A stretch of 64,000 nt of DNA from Takakia lepidozioides (taxonomy: Eukaryota; Plantae; Bryophyta): assembly GCA_030704615.1 (NCBI GenBank), contig CM060734.1, positions 20,894,001 through 20,958,000 of the forward strand. Direction: 5' to 3'. A program made the translations under genes and the position numbers. Shown here piece by piece: positions 11,370-24,361 of this stretch. How positions within the stretch are numbered: position 1 is the stretch's first letter; each line of letters starts with the position of its first letter. The notes below the pieces were generated by a model that did no database searches, was not told where the DNA came from, and was given only the letters and a program-made list of their open reading frames with translations.

Positions 11370-12035
11370 ACAAATGAGTCATAAGCACCATAGAGTCGTA
11401 TCTGCCAGTCGTGGAGCTCACTGTTGACGTGGCAACGGGGACGCCTAATCATAGTCATTGATAGGACCATAGTAAATGACTCCGAATCCATGTCAGCTTC
11501 ACGTGGAACGGAAGGGATATGCCACGTGTCACGTCAAAGGGAAGGCGACAGGGTCTACACGACTAGCATATACGACTTCCGCAAATTAACCCCAGGACAA
11601 CACGTGGAGAATACCAAGAACGACACGTGGCATGACACGTGGCATGACACGGTGACTTCCGCAGATTAACCCCAGGACAACACGTGGATTAGACTGGACA
11701 TGACACGTGGCATGACAATATAGAGCGGGAGGGTCTTTCGTGACTGACATATATGACTTCGGACGTTTAATCCTAGGTCCACACGTGGAGTCAAATTATG
11801 CAGGATGGGGGTGGGGTGGTTGTTATGACTGGAATATATGACTTCCATGGCGCACTCTGGATACTGCACGTGGCACGAGTATGGGAGTATGGACGAACAC
11901 GAGGGGTGAAAGTGGCATGTGGCGGAGGCTCTGTGGATGGGAGGTTGTCGTGTACATGACCATAGCATTGAAACACGAAAGCACCATTGAAAGCATACGA
12001 AAACACCATTGAAACATGAAAGCACATTTGAAATT
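11370..12035. repeat. Non-coding block of GACACGTGG(CAT) and CATTGAAA repeats, TE-subterminal-like
   Basis: ACACGTGG occurs at 11600, 11623, 11635, 11680, 11703 and 11781. TTAACCCCAGGACAACACGTGGA is duplicated (11586, 11666). CATTGAAA is repeated at 11966-12030. Confidence 0.6.
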
Positions 12036-12434
12036 GGAACATCGATTCAAATACAGCGTGACTTAATGTTCAGAGATCCGTTCCATAATCTAATCCTCTG
12101 CTACAAAAATGCACAAAGCTGCAAAGTCTTAGTAGACTTCCAAATGCCCGAGCAGAAATGCATACACTGGCTTGGCCGGACTTGGTCACCCACCTTCAAC
12201 TGCCATCCAGCCCGAAAACGACAGAAGATACATGAGCAAGCTTTCAGGCAATATAGCAACAACAACATTGACATATGTGAAACAAACTAACATCGCTAAG
12301 AATGTCTAAGCACCATTACACAAACTTGATGTGTACAAAATGGAAAATTGCAGGTAGGGAACCCTTACCCCATTCTGGCAGTCAAGGACTGGAGGTTTGG
12401 GAGTTGTCTTGTGACAGGTAGCGCGATGGCTGCA

Positions 12435-12860
12435 ATCATTGCACTCCACGACCACATCTCATTCAGCCATAGTGTTGAACACTCCTTTACATCCTCGATG
12501 CACCCACATTTGGCATACATGTCCACCAGGGCAGTATTCAGAATGACATCTGGTAATTGACGGGCATACACCTTTTTGCCTCGGTTGTCCCACCATTGAC
12601 TGGGGTCACAAAAGTATTCATTCCACAACTTCTCCTCATCTCTGTTACCTGTTTTTGGATACTTTCATGTTGTCACATTGGCAGTATCATGTCAAAGTCA
12701 CTCCAAACTAGATTCACTCAACCAGCTAACTTGCAGAATTCAACATGGAACACTGGCAGTATCATGTCAAAGTCACTCCAAACTATCAAAGGTTCACTCA
12801 ACCAGCTAACTTGCAGAAGTCAACATAAAAATTTAGGGCCGTAAAACAGGATGAAACGTG
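12435..12860 (-). pseudogene. OSB WWDNR motif fused to a PPR fragment
   Basis: ORF 12365-12628 reads WNEYFCDPSQWWDNRGKKVYARQL-PD-VILNTALVDMYAKCGCIED. Confidence 0.8.
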
Positions 12861-13622
12861 TTGAAGAAGGTGCCTTGATTAGCAGTGCATATCAATTGTG
12901 CCGGTGCTGCTGCGGCTTCCAGTTGCCATAGCACAGTGGCATACTACAGATCATATCTGAATTGCCCTTTGTGGATTCCAGTGAAAGACTATATATGGCA
13001 GACATGATCTTCCTATCGATGGAATGTGAACTGACACTTGAACAGACTATGACTCTCACCTCATTGACAAACTATCCATGCAACTTGACCCGTGGGAAGT
13101 CAAAGGCGTTTCCCTAATCAACATAAACTTTGGTGCTGCACATACGTCTGCAATTATTGGAAGGGATGGCTTGCCCTCTGGGTCGTCCAGGTACTGCCAC
13201 TTTATATCATCTCCTGATGGTTAAGCTGTTGAACTGAGTAAAGAGAAAATAGCCATCTGGGACGAAGTTATTCCCTAGTAGATATGCTATTTCAGATGTT
13301 AAAACTGCTAATTTGACTCCGGTTTCAAAGGGCAAACACAGCAAAGAAGCTAAGACTGGACAATAGATAATATCCCAAGCAAGCATTGGTTAGCAACAGG
13401 CTGCCTGTGAATGCCAGCTACCAATCCAAAGTGGGTAGTGAATGAAAACCAGCAAATAAGGGTGTATGAGCAGTTTAGTCATGTATTACCAAAATCCACA
13501 CAACATGCCCACCTTAAGACAGACTGCACAATCCTCATGAATGGAAATGAAAGAAATTATGAGACTAACAAATCTGCCATGGCCAAGACAGCCATGCACA
13601 GGAACAAAAGTAGGATCCATAC

Positions 13623-13782
13623 CCGTGCAGAGTTGTGGATGCAAGCAGGATCAGGCTCAAGATCATCTTTGGCAGCTATGAACAGGCAAGGCACCTCAAA
13701 CCCATTGGTCTCCCCATGTGCTGCCACATTATCCAATAACTCTGCAGCATGCTTCCATGATGCCTCATCCGAGCTGCCATGC
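13623..13782 (-). pseudogene. MIRO: Isolated exon of a mitochondrial Rho GTPase (MIRO), second GTPase domain
   Basis: SSDEASWKHAAELLDNVAAHGETNGFEVPCLFIAAKDDL matches plant MIRO. It ends at a GT donor (13622) followed by intron-like sequence. Confidence 0.85.
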
Positions 13783-14228
13783 CATACCATCAGGAACATT
13801 TCCTCTCAGCCCCTCTATCCACATGTATTAGCCCTCGCTCTCTTTTTGCTAGAGGAGCAGTCTGAAATCAACCTCACAATTCCTAAATAATGGACATAAA
13901 TCCACATTCAATTCCCATGGCAATTTGGGTCTAGTCTCATATATCCTGGTGGACTGAAACCTCGCAACCAGCTCTAGGGGTGTTATTGGGAATAGAGCCT
14001 TAAATGGTACATCAGAGATGCAAAGAGCCGGTCACTTATGCTGCAATGGTTCATCAGAGGACATTGATTCATGCAACAGGCATGCCATATAGCAGGGGAT
14101 TCTTTACTGGCTTAGTACCAAAGATACAATTGACAGAAGGACACCTCTGGGCTAAGTTCAAAGGAAACAAAATTATCATTTGCCACCAGCTGAGAACCAA
14201 CTCACAAATAAGGTAGGAGTTGGGGGTC

Positions 14229-15377
14229 ACGCCATGGCTAAAGCCCAAATGATAGGCACGTGGGAAGGTCACAACATACTCACCAGCATTATGCACAAGC
14301 CTGCCACCAACAGATGATAAGCAAAGCCCACAGCAAGGTTGCAAAGAGTTGGTGGCTCACCAATCATTGACATAGAAGGAAAACTGAGTTTGGGGAGGGA
14401 GCGGTGAGATCATTGAAGCATCACCTATAAAGAACCAAAGACTTGCTGCAATCCTAAATCCGCCAGCTCATGCATGACAAAGATACCAAGACATTCTCAT
14501 CAAAACAATCAAAAGAAGAAAATTACCTTCCTCAAATTGAGAAAGAGGGATGTATAAACATTTCCTCCACTTCCAAGTTCAACATCTTAACTTACATCAC
14601 AGTAAGAGAAAATGTGGGCAATTTGACCAACCTGCAACGTGGCACATCTGCAGCAACCAATACTTCCGGTGACAATATAGTTGTCTCCTCCCCCAAACGT
14701 GCAAAAACATCTGCCAATAACGTGCCATGACAAATGAATCAAACTTGTTGACAATTTTACTCAAAAATAACAAATGTTGTACACCAAAATAATACAACAA
14801 ACACTTAAGCCATGCAACGCCTACTTAATGAGCACATTCAGACATACAAGCGATGAGGAATCAAAGTCTTGTCAGACGCAAGATTGCTTTTATCAAAGTA
14901 GAACAGTGATAGCAAACGTGTTTGTTTCACAAAATGCCTATGTGTGAAACTCCCATCAAAGCTGCATTTGCACAAAGCCTCCTCAGTGATAACTGAAGTT
15001 CCACACCTATAGTGTATGCCCCTCAAACCATCCTATTTCCTAGTATACATCAAGGTGCATCCATCTCAAAACCCTGATACCCAAAAGAGTTCAAATCAAG
15101 ACATAGATCTCGCAGACCAACTCTGTTCACACAAGAGCATTTGCTGGAGGGAGCCAACAATGAAAGCTGTGTGTAATGCAAAGTGAACTACCTCGTGGAT
15201 CAAGTTGGCCGCATTACCATGAACTTGCACAGTTTCTTCAAGAGCAGGGGCTGCATCTTTGGGCATCGCATACCAGGTCGCCCCCATGTGCAGGTAATTG
15301 AGACTATGCAACTCATGGTCCTCCACATGCCATGCAATGAACAGAATGCCTATGTAGACCATGGGCGAAGTCACCCC
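14229..15377 (-). pseudogene. Three-exon fragment of a JmjC histone demethylase (REF6/ELF6-like), interrupted by element A
   Basis: Exon 15192-15377 reads GVTSPMVYIG..AWHVEDHELHSLNYLHMG, exon 14632-14710 reads VFARLGEETTILSPEVLVAADVPRC, and exon 14229-14300 reads RLVHNAGEYVVTFPRAYHLGFSHG. GT-AG introns are intact. Small deletions are present. The frame resumes past the TSD at 28499. Confidence 0.9.
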
Positions 15378-16437
15378 TGTCGCACGGCTTTTACTCACCT
15401 ATCCCTTCGTTATCCGAGGTGGGAACTCCAAGATAGAAGAGTTGGAAATCTCTAAGCACTCAGCCTGCTCAGAACAATCAGTCATGACCTACAACTAGTG
15501 TATCATGGGAGTGTTTCCTATTTGTACTCCTTCCCGCATTCATGTTAGCGAGTTACCTTACTGTCTGCAATTAAGTATCAGTTTGCTTCAGAAATCTATC
15601 AAGTTCCATCCATTCATTCCACAACTTCACTCAGGTCTCTCTACACAGTGTGCGTATGAAGTATGTATCAGATTAATATCTATCAAGTATCAGGCTGAAG
15701 CCATGGTGTCTCTATTCTGCTCTACATTACAACTCTACTTCTTGCATTCAACAAGTATCAACAAATCGTTCTCCTCCTACTCCGTGCTCTCCCTCTTTCT
15801 GCTCAAAGATGCGCTCTCCGCTTCATTTCCAAGTTCTGACCCCCCCCCCCCCCCCGAAGTCTTTCCAGAAGTGATTCCCCAAGAAGTGATCCTTTTCCAG
15901 TCCTCGCTCCTCGCTTTATCTTCCTACCCGTTGTTCTAACCGTTTCCCTCACTAACCGTCATCCGTGAACTAACATGTTCCATTCGCAGATGTTGTTCCC
16001 CACAGTCGTCCCCTGTCCTGCTATCCGTTCCCTATGGTCGTGACAGCTGTGTCAAGCTGTGACTGGCTGTGTAAAACTGTGACTGGCTGTGACTGGCTAT
16101 GCGACTGTGTTGGGTTGTGTCGGGCTGTGTCTAGCTGTGACTGGCTGTGCAACTGTGTCGGGCTGTGATTGGCTGTGCGAAGCTGTGACGGCTGTGTCGG
16201 ACTGTGACGGGCTGTGTTGAACTGTGATGGCTGTGACGGGCTATGTCGGGCTGTGATTGGCTGTGATGGGCTGTGTTGAACTGTGATGGGCTGTGTTGGC
16301 TGTGATGGGCTGTGTAACCCCACCCTAAAGTGCGCTGCTGTCACCCCTAAGGCTCCTGTTGGTCTCAGTCTGTGCAAAAATTAAGGGTACCCCACAGATC
16401 TCGTAAAAGTGCCTAAGTCCCAGACAGTCCTCTAACA
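15378..16437 (-). repeat. Element A 3' LTR (1060 bp)
   Basis: TGTCGCACGG...CTCTAACA. Near-identical to 27317-28498 except for minisatellite length. Confidence 0.96.
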
Positions 16438-16440
16438 TTA

Positions 16441-16455
16441 CCCCTTCCCCTCTCA
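16441..16455 (-). other. Polypurine tract of element A
   Basis: Minus strand reads GAGAGGGGAAGGGG immediately before the 3' LTR. B has an equivalent tract at 41174-41187. Confidence 0.85.
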
Positions 16456-16475
16456 AAAAGCCGTGTCCTCACGGT

Positions 16476-19400
16476 TTACTGTTTGGGATTAGCAAACCTT
16501 TGTGAGCGAGCACCCTTCTGACGTTGAGAGTCTCGTGAAGGACTCTGTGTGTGAGCCCGAGGTCTGTCACTGGTTGACGGAGATGATTGAACACTACCTG
16601 GATATGTCAGTCCCTCTGGAGGCTGATATCGAGGTAATCTTTCAGGCATAGGAGACCCTCGTCGCTTCTTCTTTGCCATCTGAATTGCATAGTCCTCTGC
16701 CATGTCAAAAGAGTCCGCTGAAGAAACAGTTGTATCAAAATCCTCATCGCCTCTCAGGGGTTTTAACGGCCGAACTTTTTGTGGAATCCTCTGGGGCATA
16801 CAATGTTGTCCCACCATGTCTGGAAGTTTAAACTGCAAAACTTGCTGTAAGCGCTGAATGGCAAAATTGGTGAAGACCCTGAGCTCCTTGTCTGTCCAGG
16901 TGAGTGGGGTACCAATGACTTATGAATTGTGCAAGTATTTCCATGCCTCATGTCCCTTAAAGAAAATATCGTCAGGGCCGAATTTCTGTGTTGACAAATT
17001 GTTCCAGGCCGCATCAAACCATGAACGAATCTGAGAATCCTTTTGCATCATAATTTTTGCCTCATATAGGTACATATGAGGTGGCACTGAAGGTAAGACC
17101 CAATGATCCCCACTGGAATAACTCAGAAAGCGCGTTTGCATCTTCTGCTGCTCAATGTGATAACGTACCAGAAAACAAGCAACGAATAACCCGCAGCCCA
17201 TGACAATACTTGCTACCTCTTTGGTCTTGGTATAAATGAATCCATGTACAACTTGGAAGACAATTAATTCCTTCAACATGGTACTTGCCTCATGCCAGTA
17301 CTGCGCAAAATGATGATCCTCAATTGGTCGATTGTTCGGAAGAACTTTAGTCCTAGTTGCCACTGGCAGCCAAATGCGCATGATTTGATAGTAATGTGCC
17401 AACGACTGCGGAGGACTAAATTCCTTCCAAGCCAAATCCAACACAATGGGAATTTGGTTGAAGGGCATAATCATAGCCCGACTGTACTCCCGTGCAGCAG
17501 GAGTTTTAGGTGGGTTAAAAGCAGCATTCCCCCATACCTCAGGCTGTGGTGGCCGTGGTGTGGCTGTAGTAACAACAGGGTCAGTTACTAGCACGGTGAC
17601 TTGTTGTGGTGTTGGTGGCACTGGCTCTTGTACCATTGGCATCTCCTGCACCCCCTGCGAAGAAGACTGAAAAGCCAAAGTTCTGGCTTCTAAATAAGAA
17701 GCCATCAGCTGTTCCTCAGGTACAAAGACTCTCTTGTCGATATTTGAAGTGAGGTCCTCCACCTGAGTCTGCAGGCCGTCTACATCCTCCTGTAACTCCG
17801 CTATCCTACTATAGACATTGTCTATAGTAGTTGTGGCAATGTTCTGCACTTGCAGTCTGAGCTCATTCATCTCGCTTTGGGTGAGCTTTCGTGGTGCTTT
17901 GCCCTCCACTGGCCCTTGTGCTAACCAGACCTGCATAAGGTGGTTATCCACCAAGTTGCTTGTGGCACCCCTGAGAGTCTGCTCCTCTGTGAGCCTGTAC
18001 ACATCTATCTGCTACTGTAAAGCCTCCATGCACTTTGCATGAGGTTCAACCAAACTCGCATAGGCAGCAGCCAGATTATTGGCTTCTTTCCAAGCCTTGT
18101 TAGCCACAGAGAGTTCATTTCTATTTACCATGAGCGTTTGTTGCAACTCCAGGATGTATCTCTCTTGGTCAGCTTCAACCTGCCTGTATTGCTTGAAAGT
18201 ATTCTCATTGCAACAGATTGTATTCTTCATATCTGCCAATTGGGTAGTTGGAACATGGGATTTGACATAAGTGCCCAACAAATTAAGTGTCCTGCTTATA
18301 GAACTCATAAGCATGGCCTGTTGAGGGTCATCATGGTGAGCTTGCTGCTGTTCTCCCTGATCCTCAACAGTGTGATGCCTCACGAACCATTCAGGCCATT
18401 GCCCCACCAGATTTTCTTCCTGAACCACTTCATCCGTCACAGGTGCTGCAGTGTCTTGACATTCTACCTGTGGTACCTCCGTCACAGGTGTGTGTATTAT
18501 ATGCACCGCAGGGTTTCCCCTGGACAACCGCTGCACCTCCGGAATCACTGTTTCCTTGACCAGACCAGAATTTTCAAAGAGAAGGTCCCCCTTCTCAATT
18601 TCTGCCACCACCTGTTCTGTAGTGGGGATATCTAACCTTTCTTTCTCCAAATCAATTATTTCTAGTGGAACTGCATGAACAACTTGTGGTAACTCTGTGA
18701 CAAGCCGATCATCTGGCTGTGATGGCTGTGATACTGAAGTAACTTCCTCTTCCCTCTCTGAAGGCCATGCTTCCGATAATAGCAACTCTCTGTGCTGCTG
18801 TGCCCCTTCCTGCACAAGAGCTTGGGAAACATTATCATGCGGTTTCCGTGAAGCCAGTGGATCCGCCACTACAGTCTTTCCCCGCCTCTGTCTCTTAGAC
18901 TGGGGTTGCCCTGCCAGTCCACCCTCACTGTGTGAAGAGCCTTGCTCTTCCATTGCAGTGGTTTCGGTCTCAAACACTCCCATCTCCTTTCTTTCCCGAG
19001 CATCAAGTATGCAAGAATCAAGAATTATTTGAGCAATGATTGGGCTAGACACTATGATAGGAGACTTTGTGGCAGTGCCCTGTAATCTTTTCATCTCCTC
19101 TACCAGTGCGTTGTACATTATGTCCGCCCATGCTACCTCTTCTCCTCTCAGGGCTTTGAGTATTTCCTCTGTGAAGGATCTGCTCAAATACTGTCGGTTC
19201 TGTTTCATGGCAAACATAACGTTCAATACCTGGCCTACCTCCCTTAGCCCTGGGTAGACGGCCTTGGTACAAGCATAACCCTGAGTTTTAAAGAAACTCC
19301 CTTCTTGGAATAAGTCCCCTATTTGCAGTCTTGCCCTGTGCTCCTCCACATGCACCTAACCTGATGGCAATTCAAACAATTGTTGTAGGTATAGGGGAGT

Positions 19401-19843
19401 AATTTCTAATTCAACTCCCTTCACCATTGTTGCTCATGTCCTAGGCTCAAAGTTCCGCAAGAATTGTAACATGTACTGCCTATGGTGCAATGTCCAATCT
19501 TTGCTTTGCAATCCTTCTAATCGTAGCTCCTTCAGTAATTGTACCGCCTGTGGAGTAGCAATCGTTTGTTTCTGCAGGATTGTGGTGCTCTTCACCCTGA
19601 TTTTTCCATTCCTGTCACTCTCTTCATTCTAGACCCACAGAAAGGTTTTGGCTGTAACAATTGAAGAAATGCCTGCAGGGCACAAAGCATAAACGTATGG
19701 TTGCCACAAAATGCTATGGGTAATTTCTTGTAAGCCTGCGGGGCTTGCAAGCATCGATTAAGAGAAAAGATACTCTCTATTCTTCTATCCCCGTGCCACT
19801 GCGTAAGTAGTATCGCGAGCGTATAGTCTATTAGTTCCTCCAT
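16476..19843 (-). pseudogene. Element A extra 3' ORF (~1,120 aa in this copy), disrupted
   Basis: ORF pieces 19592-20044, 18012-19355, 16920-18002 and 16476-16838 are collinear with the same ORF in B. They are broken by CAG>TAG stops and frameshifts. Confidence 0.8.
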
Positions 19844-20170
19844 AGCTTCAAAGCTATAGCATTGATGGTCTGTCCCGTCGTGACGCCCGTTACTTGGAAC
19901 GACGCCGACTCTTGCGCTTAAAATTCCTCCATTTTCTTGATTCTGCTTCTGGCTTTTGATTGGCTGTAACTGCTGTGACTGGATTTTAGATTTCATTTCC
20001 TTCCATGGATTTTCCACTCTGGACTGTCCACTAGGATAGCACATGTGACATGGATTTTGCTTTTCGGTACTTTTTAAGGGTTCCGTTACCCTTTCCCCGT
20101 ATGCATTAATGGGCCCATAATAAGTTAACGTGCCGGGTAGGTACTTTGACGACCAATTTTGTCTTTTTCC

Positions 20171-23100
20171 TTAATGACAGTCGTTCTTGCAATCCATGTC
20201 CGGCTGTGTGTCTCGCCCTGACGTCGACGTGTCCATTTCTACACGTGCCTTCGTCCACTTTTCCGCTGGCCACTCTCCGGATGTTAACCCACGTCCACAT
20301 GTCACTGATCCTATGGATTGTGTAACCCTAGTAGGCTGTGTTGTGCTGTGACAGGCTGTGTCATACTGTGGTACGCTGTGATAGGCTGTGTGGCATTGTG
20401 GTAAGCTGTGATAGGCTGTGACACATTGTGATGGGCTGTGATAGGCTGTGTTGCGCCGTGCTGGGCTGTGATATGCTGTGTCGCGCCGTGCTGGGCTGTG
20501 ATAGGCTGTGTTGCGCCGTGCTGGGCTGTAATAGGCTGTGTTGCGCCGTGCTGGGCTGTGATATGCTGTGTCGCGCCGTGCTGGGCTGTGATAGGCTGTG
20601 TCACGCCTATACTGCCCGCCCTGGTCATATACGCTCGGCCTAGCGACAAGTGCTCCATACTCTCTTAGTATCACTGGCGCAGCCCGTGACTGTTTTTGCG
20701 TTTCAACATGCAAATCATGCTGCAATGGTTTGTCATGGATACCACTGTACCCCTTTAACTTATTGGCATTGACTCTTCCCAGCATCTCTTTGTTAATGGT
20801 TTGTAACATGGCGGTGTTGTTATCAAACATCTTCTGTATGACATAAGGTCCTTTCCTTGGTGATTTAAGCTTAGAAGCTTTAATCTTTCCCTTCTTCTGC
20901 AACCAGAGAACCAAATCTCCCGTCTTCAAAGTCTTTAACTTGCCTTCATCAAACTGTTCCTTTCTCTTCATCTGAATTCTGGTCATGTTATCAGCTGCAT
21001 CAGCACGTATTTCTTCCACATGGTATAATTCATGTTTCCTGACCTTAATTGAATCTTGCAATTCCATTCTCTTTCCCCATTCCGTTCTCATGGTAGGTAA
21101 CAGGAATTCCACTGGAAATAAAGCTTCCATACCATAAACTAATTGGAATGGTGTATACTTAGTGGTGACTTTATATGAAGTCCTGTATGACCACAAAGCT
21201 GTCAGCAGCTTTGTATCCCAATCCGTTCTGTTTGCATTGACTATCTTAGCCAAGATAGTACATAGTATTTTGTTGGTAGCCTCTGCCTGCCCATTACCCT
21301 TTGGGTAATATGTTGTACTCTTCCTATGCACAATCATGAACTCTTTACTCAATAATTCAATGGTCTCATTAATGAAGTGACTTCCCTGATCACTGATAAA
21401 TTCCAAGGGACAGCCAAATCGTGTAAGTATGTTTTTATACAGGAACCTTGCTGTGGACTTGGCTGTGTTGTCCCTCAAAGCCTTAGCTTCCACCCACTTC
21501 GTAGTATAATCAGTGGCTGTAATTATGTACCTGTTCTGTGTATTCTTGGCTGGTGGGTTAATTGGTCCAACAAAGTCTAGTCCCCATTTCTGAAATGGTT
21601 CCGTAGGCATTGTAGGATGCAAAGCCATCTTCCCAGATCTCTGCAAAGGTCCTAGCCTCTGACATTCATCACAACTCTGACAATACTTGTGTACATCTTT
21701 GAACAAAGTAGGCCACCAGTAATCTGCATGTAGTATCTTCCTACTGATAGTCTCTTCTCCAAAATGACCTCCTGCCACTCCTTTATGAACTTCCTCCAAA
21801 ACTTTATAAGCATCGCTTCAGCACTCCATCTGGTCCTAGCTTATACATTCTGCTCCCTACCATAGTATAAGGTAGAGCCTTGATAGCAATTCTCTTTCTC
21901 TGCTCCTTTCCATAACTTGGTGGGCACTGACCATGAGCAAGGTAGTATCTGATTGGCCACTGCCAATCTAACCAGTCATCTGCACTTCCCTGCACCTTCA
22001 CTGCAAATAGACTCGCATCTGGTAATTGATCATCTACTCCCGTGGCTGGTTCTCCTGTTGATAACCGTGACAAGTGATCCGCCACAAGATGCAGCCTCCC
22101 AGGCTTGTAAACAACCTCGAACTCAAACTCGTGCAAGATTATCAACCATCTTGCTATTCTTCCACTTATCAGAGGTTTGTTTACCAGGTATATCAGAGCC
22201 TGGTGATCCACATAGAACATAAACTTCTTGCCCAACAGGTAATGCCTGAATTTCTTCACTACATAGATCATTGCCAATGCTTCTCTTTCCGTTGTGCTAT
22301 AATTTCTTTCGGCATTGTTCATCAATCGGCTAGCATAGTACACAGGTGAATCTATCCTTCCTGTAACATTTTGGGCTAACACTGCTCCTAGTGCTTCTCC
22401 AGAAGCATCACAGTGTACATGAAACATTTCCTGCCAGTGAGGATTAATCAGCACAGGTGTAGTTGTTACTGACAATGTAAGTTCCTCAAAAGCCTGTTGA
22501 CATTCAGGTGTCCATGCAAACACTTCATCTTTCTTCAGAAGTTTGCTCAATGGTGCTGCTATCTATGCATACCGTCTGACAAATCTTCTGTAATAACTGG
22601 TTTGCCCAAGGAGTCTCCTTAGACTCTTAACATTCACTGGTGATGGAGAGGCTTTAATGGCCTCTGTTTTCCAGGGATCCACAAGAAGTCCCCTCTTACA
22701 CACGATGTGTCCCAGAAGCACCCCTGAGTTCACACAGAAAGTACACTTCTCTGGATTCAGGCCCAGACCTCTCATCCTGCATCTGGCCAGACATAACTCC
22801 AATTTATGCAAGTGCTCATTCTTAGAGCTGTACACACTGAAATCATCCAAGAATACCTGCATGAAATCATCCAGATACTCATGAAAAGATTCACTTATCA
22901 CTCTCTGAAAGGTTGCCCGGTGCATTACAAAGTCCAAAGGGCATGACTTTGTATGCATAAGCACCCCAGTCTGTGATGAAAGCTGTCTTTCCTTGGTCTT
23001 CTTCTGCCACTTGCACTTGATTATAACCACTGAAGCCATCCATGAATGAGTACATCTCATGGCCTGCCACAGTGTCCAATACTGCTTCTGTGAATGGCAA

Positions 23101-24358
23101 TGGGAAAGGATCTTTCTTCGTACAAGCATTCAGCTTCTTGTAGTTCACACAAACTCTTAGTTTACCATTCTTCTTGGGAACTATCACAATGGGTGACAAC
23201 CAAGTTGTATACTCTATTGGGTATATAAACTTAGCCTTAGCCAACTTCTTGATCTCTTCTCCAACCTTCTGTGCATAGTTGGGATTCATTCTGTACCTTG
23301 CCTGCTTGATTGGTACTGATCCTGGTTCCAATTCAATCTTATGCTGACAGATCTCAGGTGGTATCCCTTTTAGATCCTCGTAGCTCCAAGCAAATACATC
23401 TCTGTATTTGATGAACAAACTCTTAGCTTCTTCAAAGAATTCTGGCTCCAAATCAGCTCCTACCTTCACCATCCTTGGTTCCTCTTTAGTTCCCACATTC
23501 ACTTCCCTCACCTGCTCATCAGCTGTGATTGTCCAACCAGTCACCACTTCATCTTGTAAACTCACAGTGGCTGGTTCCTCTAGGATTTCCATTTCTCCTT
23601 CTCTTTCTTCATAGAAATGTGATGGGTAACTGCTGGTTTTCTCTTCAATTGTTGTTGCTGACACTACACCACAGCAGATACCTCTTAAACAACTTAGGCC
23701 TTCCAGCCGCATCTCTGCAACCTGCTCCCACTCTGGGTGTGCAGCGAACAGGGTAGCTTCCTGCTCCTCATCAAGTCCTCATCTCCAGTCATACTCTCTG
23801 ACCCCTCGAGGTCTTCTCGTAGCAGGTAATCTACTAGATTTCTTTGTGGTAATTTGTATCTCGTGCATCCCATTATGCACGGTTAGTAACTGAGAATTCC
23901 AGTCATGGAATACCCTGGCCTGTTTCAGCCACGGACGTCCCAATAATAAGGAGTAAGCCTCCATGACTTCATCCATCTTCAACACAGTTACTATGATCAT
24001 AAAGATCATCTTCTGTATCTGTATCTTAACTCCTCTTATCAATCCCACTTCTTTGATCTGCCATTGTTACTATAAATGGGGCTGGTTTCATGTTACTTAG
24101 ACCAAGCTTCTTCCTTAATTGGTCTGTCATGATATTTACTCCAGAGCCTCCATCTATCAGTACATCAGTTAGTTCTGTGCTTCCAATTCTCAATTGGATT
24201 ACTGGCATAGAATCATCAAAGTCCATGACTGTTTCTCGCCCTTCCGGCTTCACATTATAACTGGTCACCTTGCTGTTCAGGTCTGTGTTTCCTGTCTCCT
24301 GGGCAATTCGATTGATTGCTTGATACAGCCTGTGTCTACAATAAGGTGCCACAACCAA
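20171..24358 (-). pseudogene. pol: Element A pol: protease, RT, RNase H, integrase
   Basis: PR: VLIDGGSGVNI. RT: KKNGKLRVCVNY...MPFGLCNAP...FLDD. RH: CDAS...TEREALA...DHQAL...ADHLSR. INT: H-H-C-C zinc motif, WGLDFVGP, SDQGSHF, GQAEATN. Stops and frameshifts present. Confidence 0.95.
20330..20605. repeat. 30-bp minisatellite in the integrase tail (GGCTGTG core)
   Basis: Repeated GCTGGGCTGTGATAGGCTGTGTTGCGCCGT encodes TAYHSPARR(D/N) in the integrase frame. An equivalent repeat is at 52495-52670 in B. Confidence 0.9.
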
Positions 24359-24361
24359 TAG

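Noticed and set aside
16021-16377. His/Ser/Gln-rich ORFs in both LTRs of A (also 27965-28438)
   Set aside because: They are translations of the minisatellite from a non-ATG start and are not preserved in B's LTR.
17170-17270. Hydrophobic stretch in the extra ORF suggesting an env transmembrane helix
   Set aside because: It is short, interrupted by polar residues and less hydrophobic in B, and there is no signal peptide. Not enough to call env.
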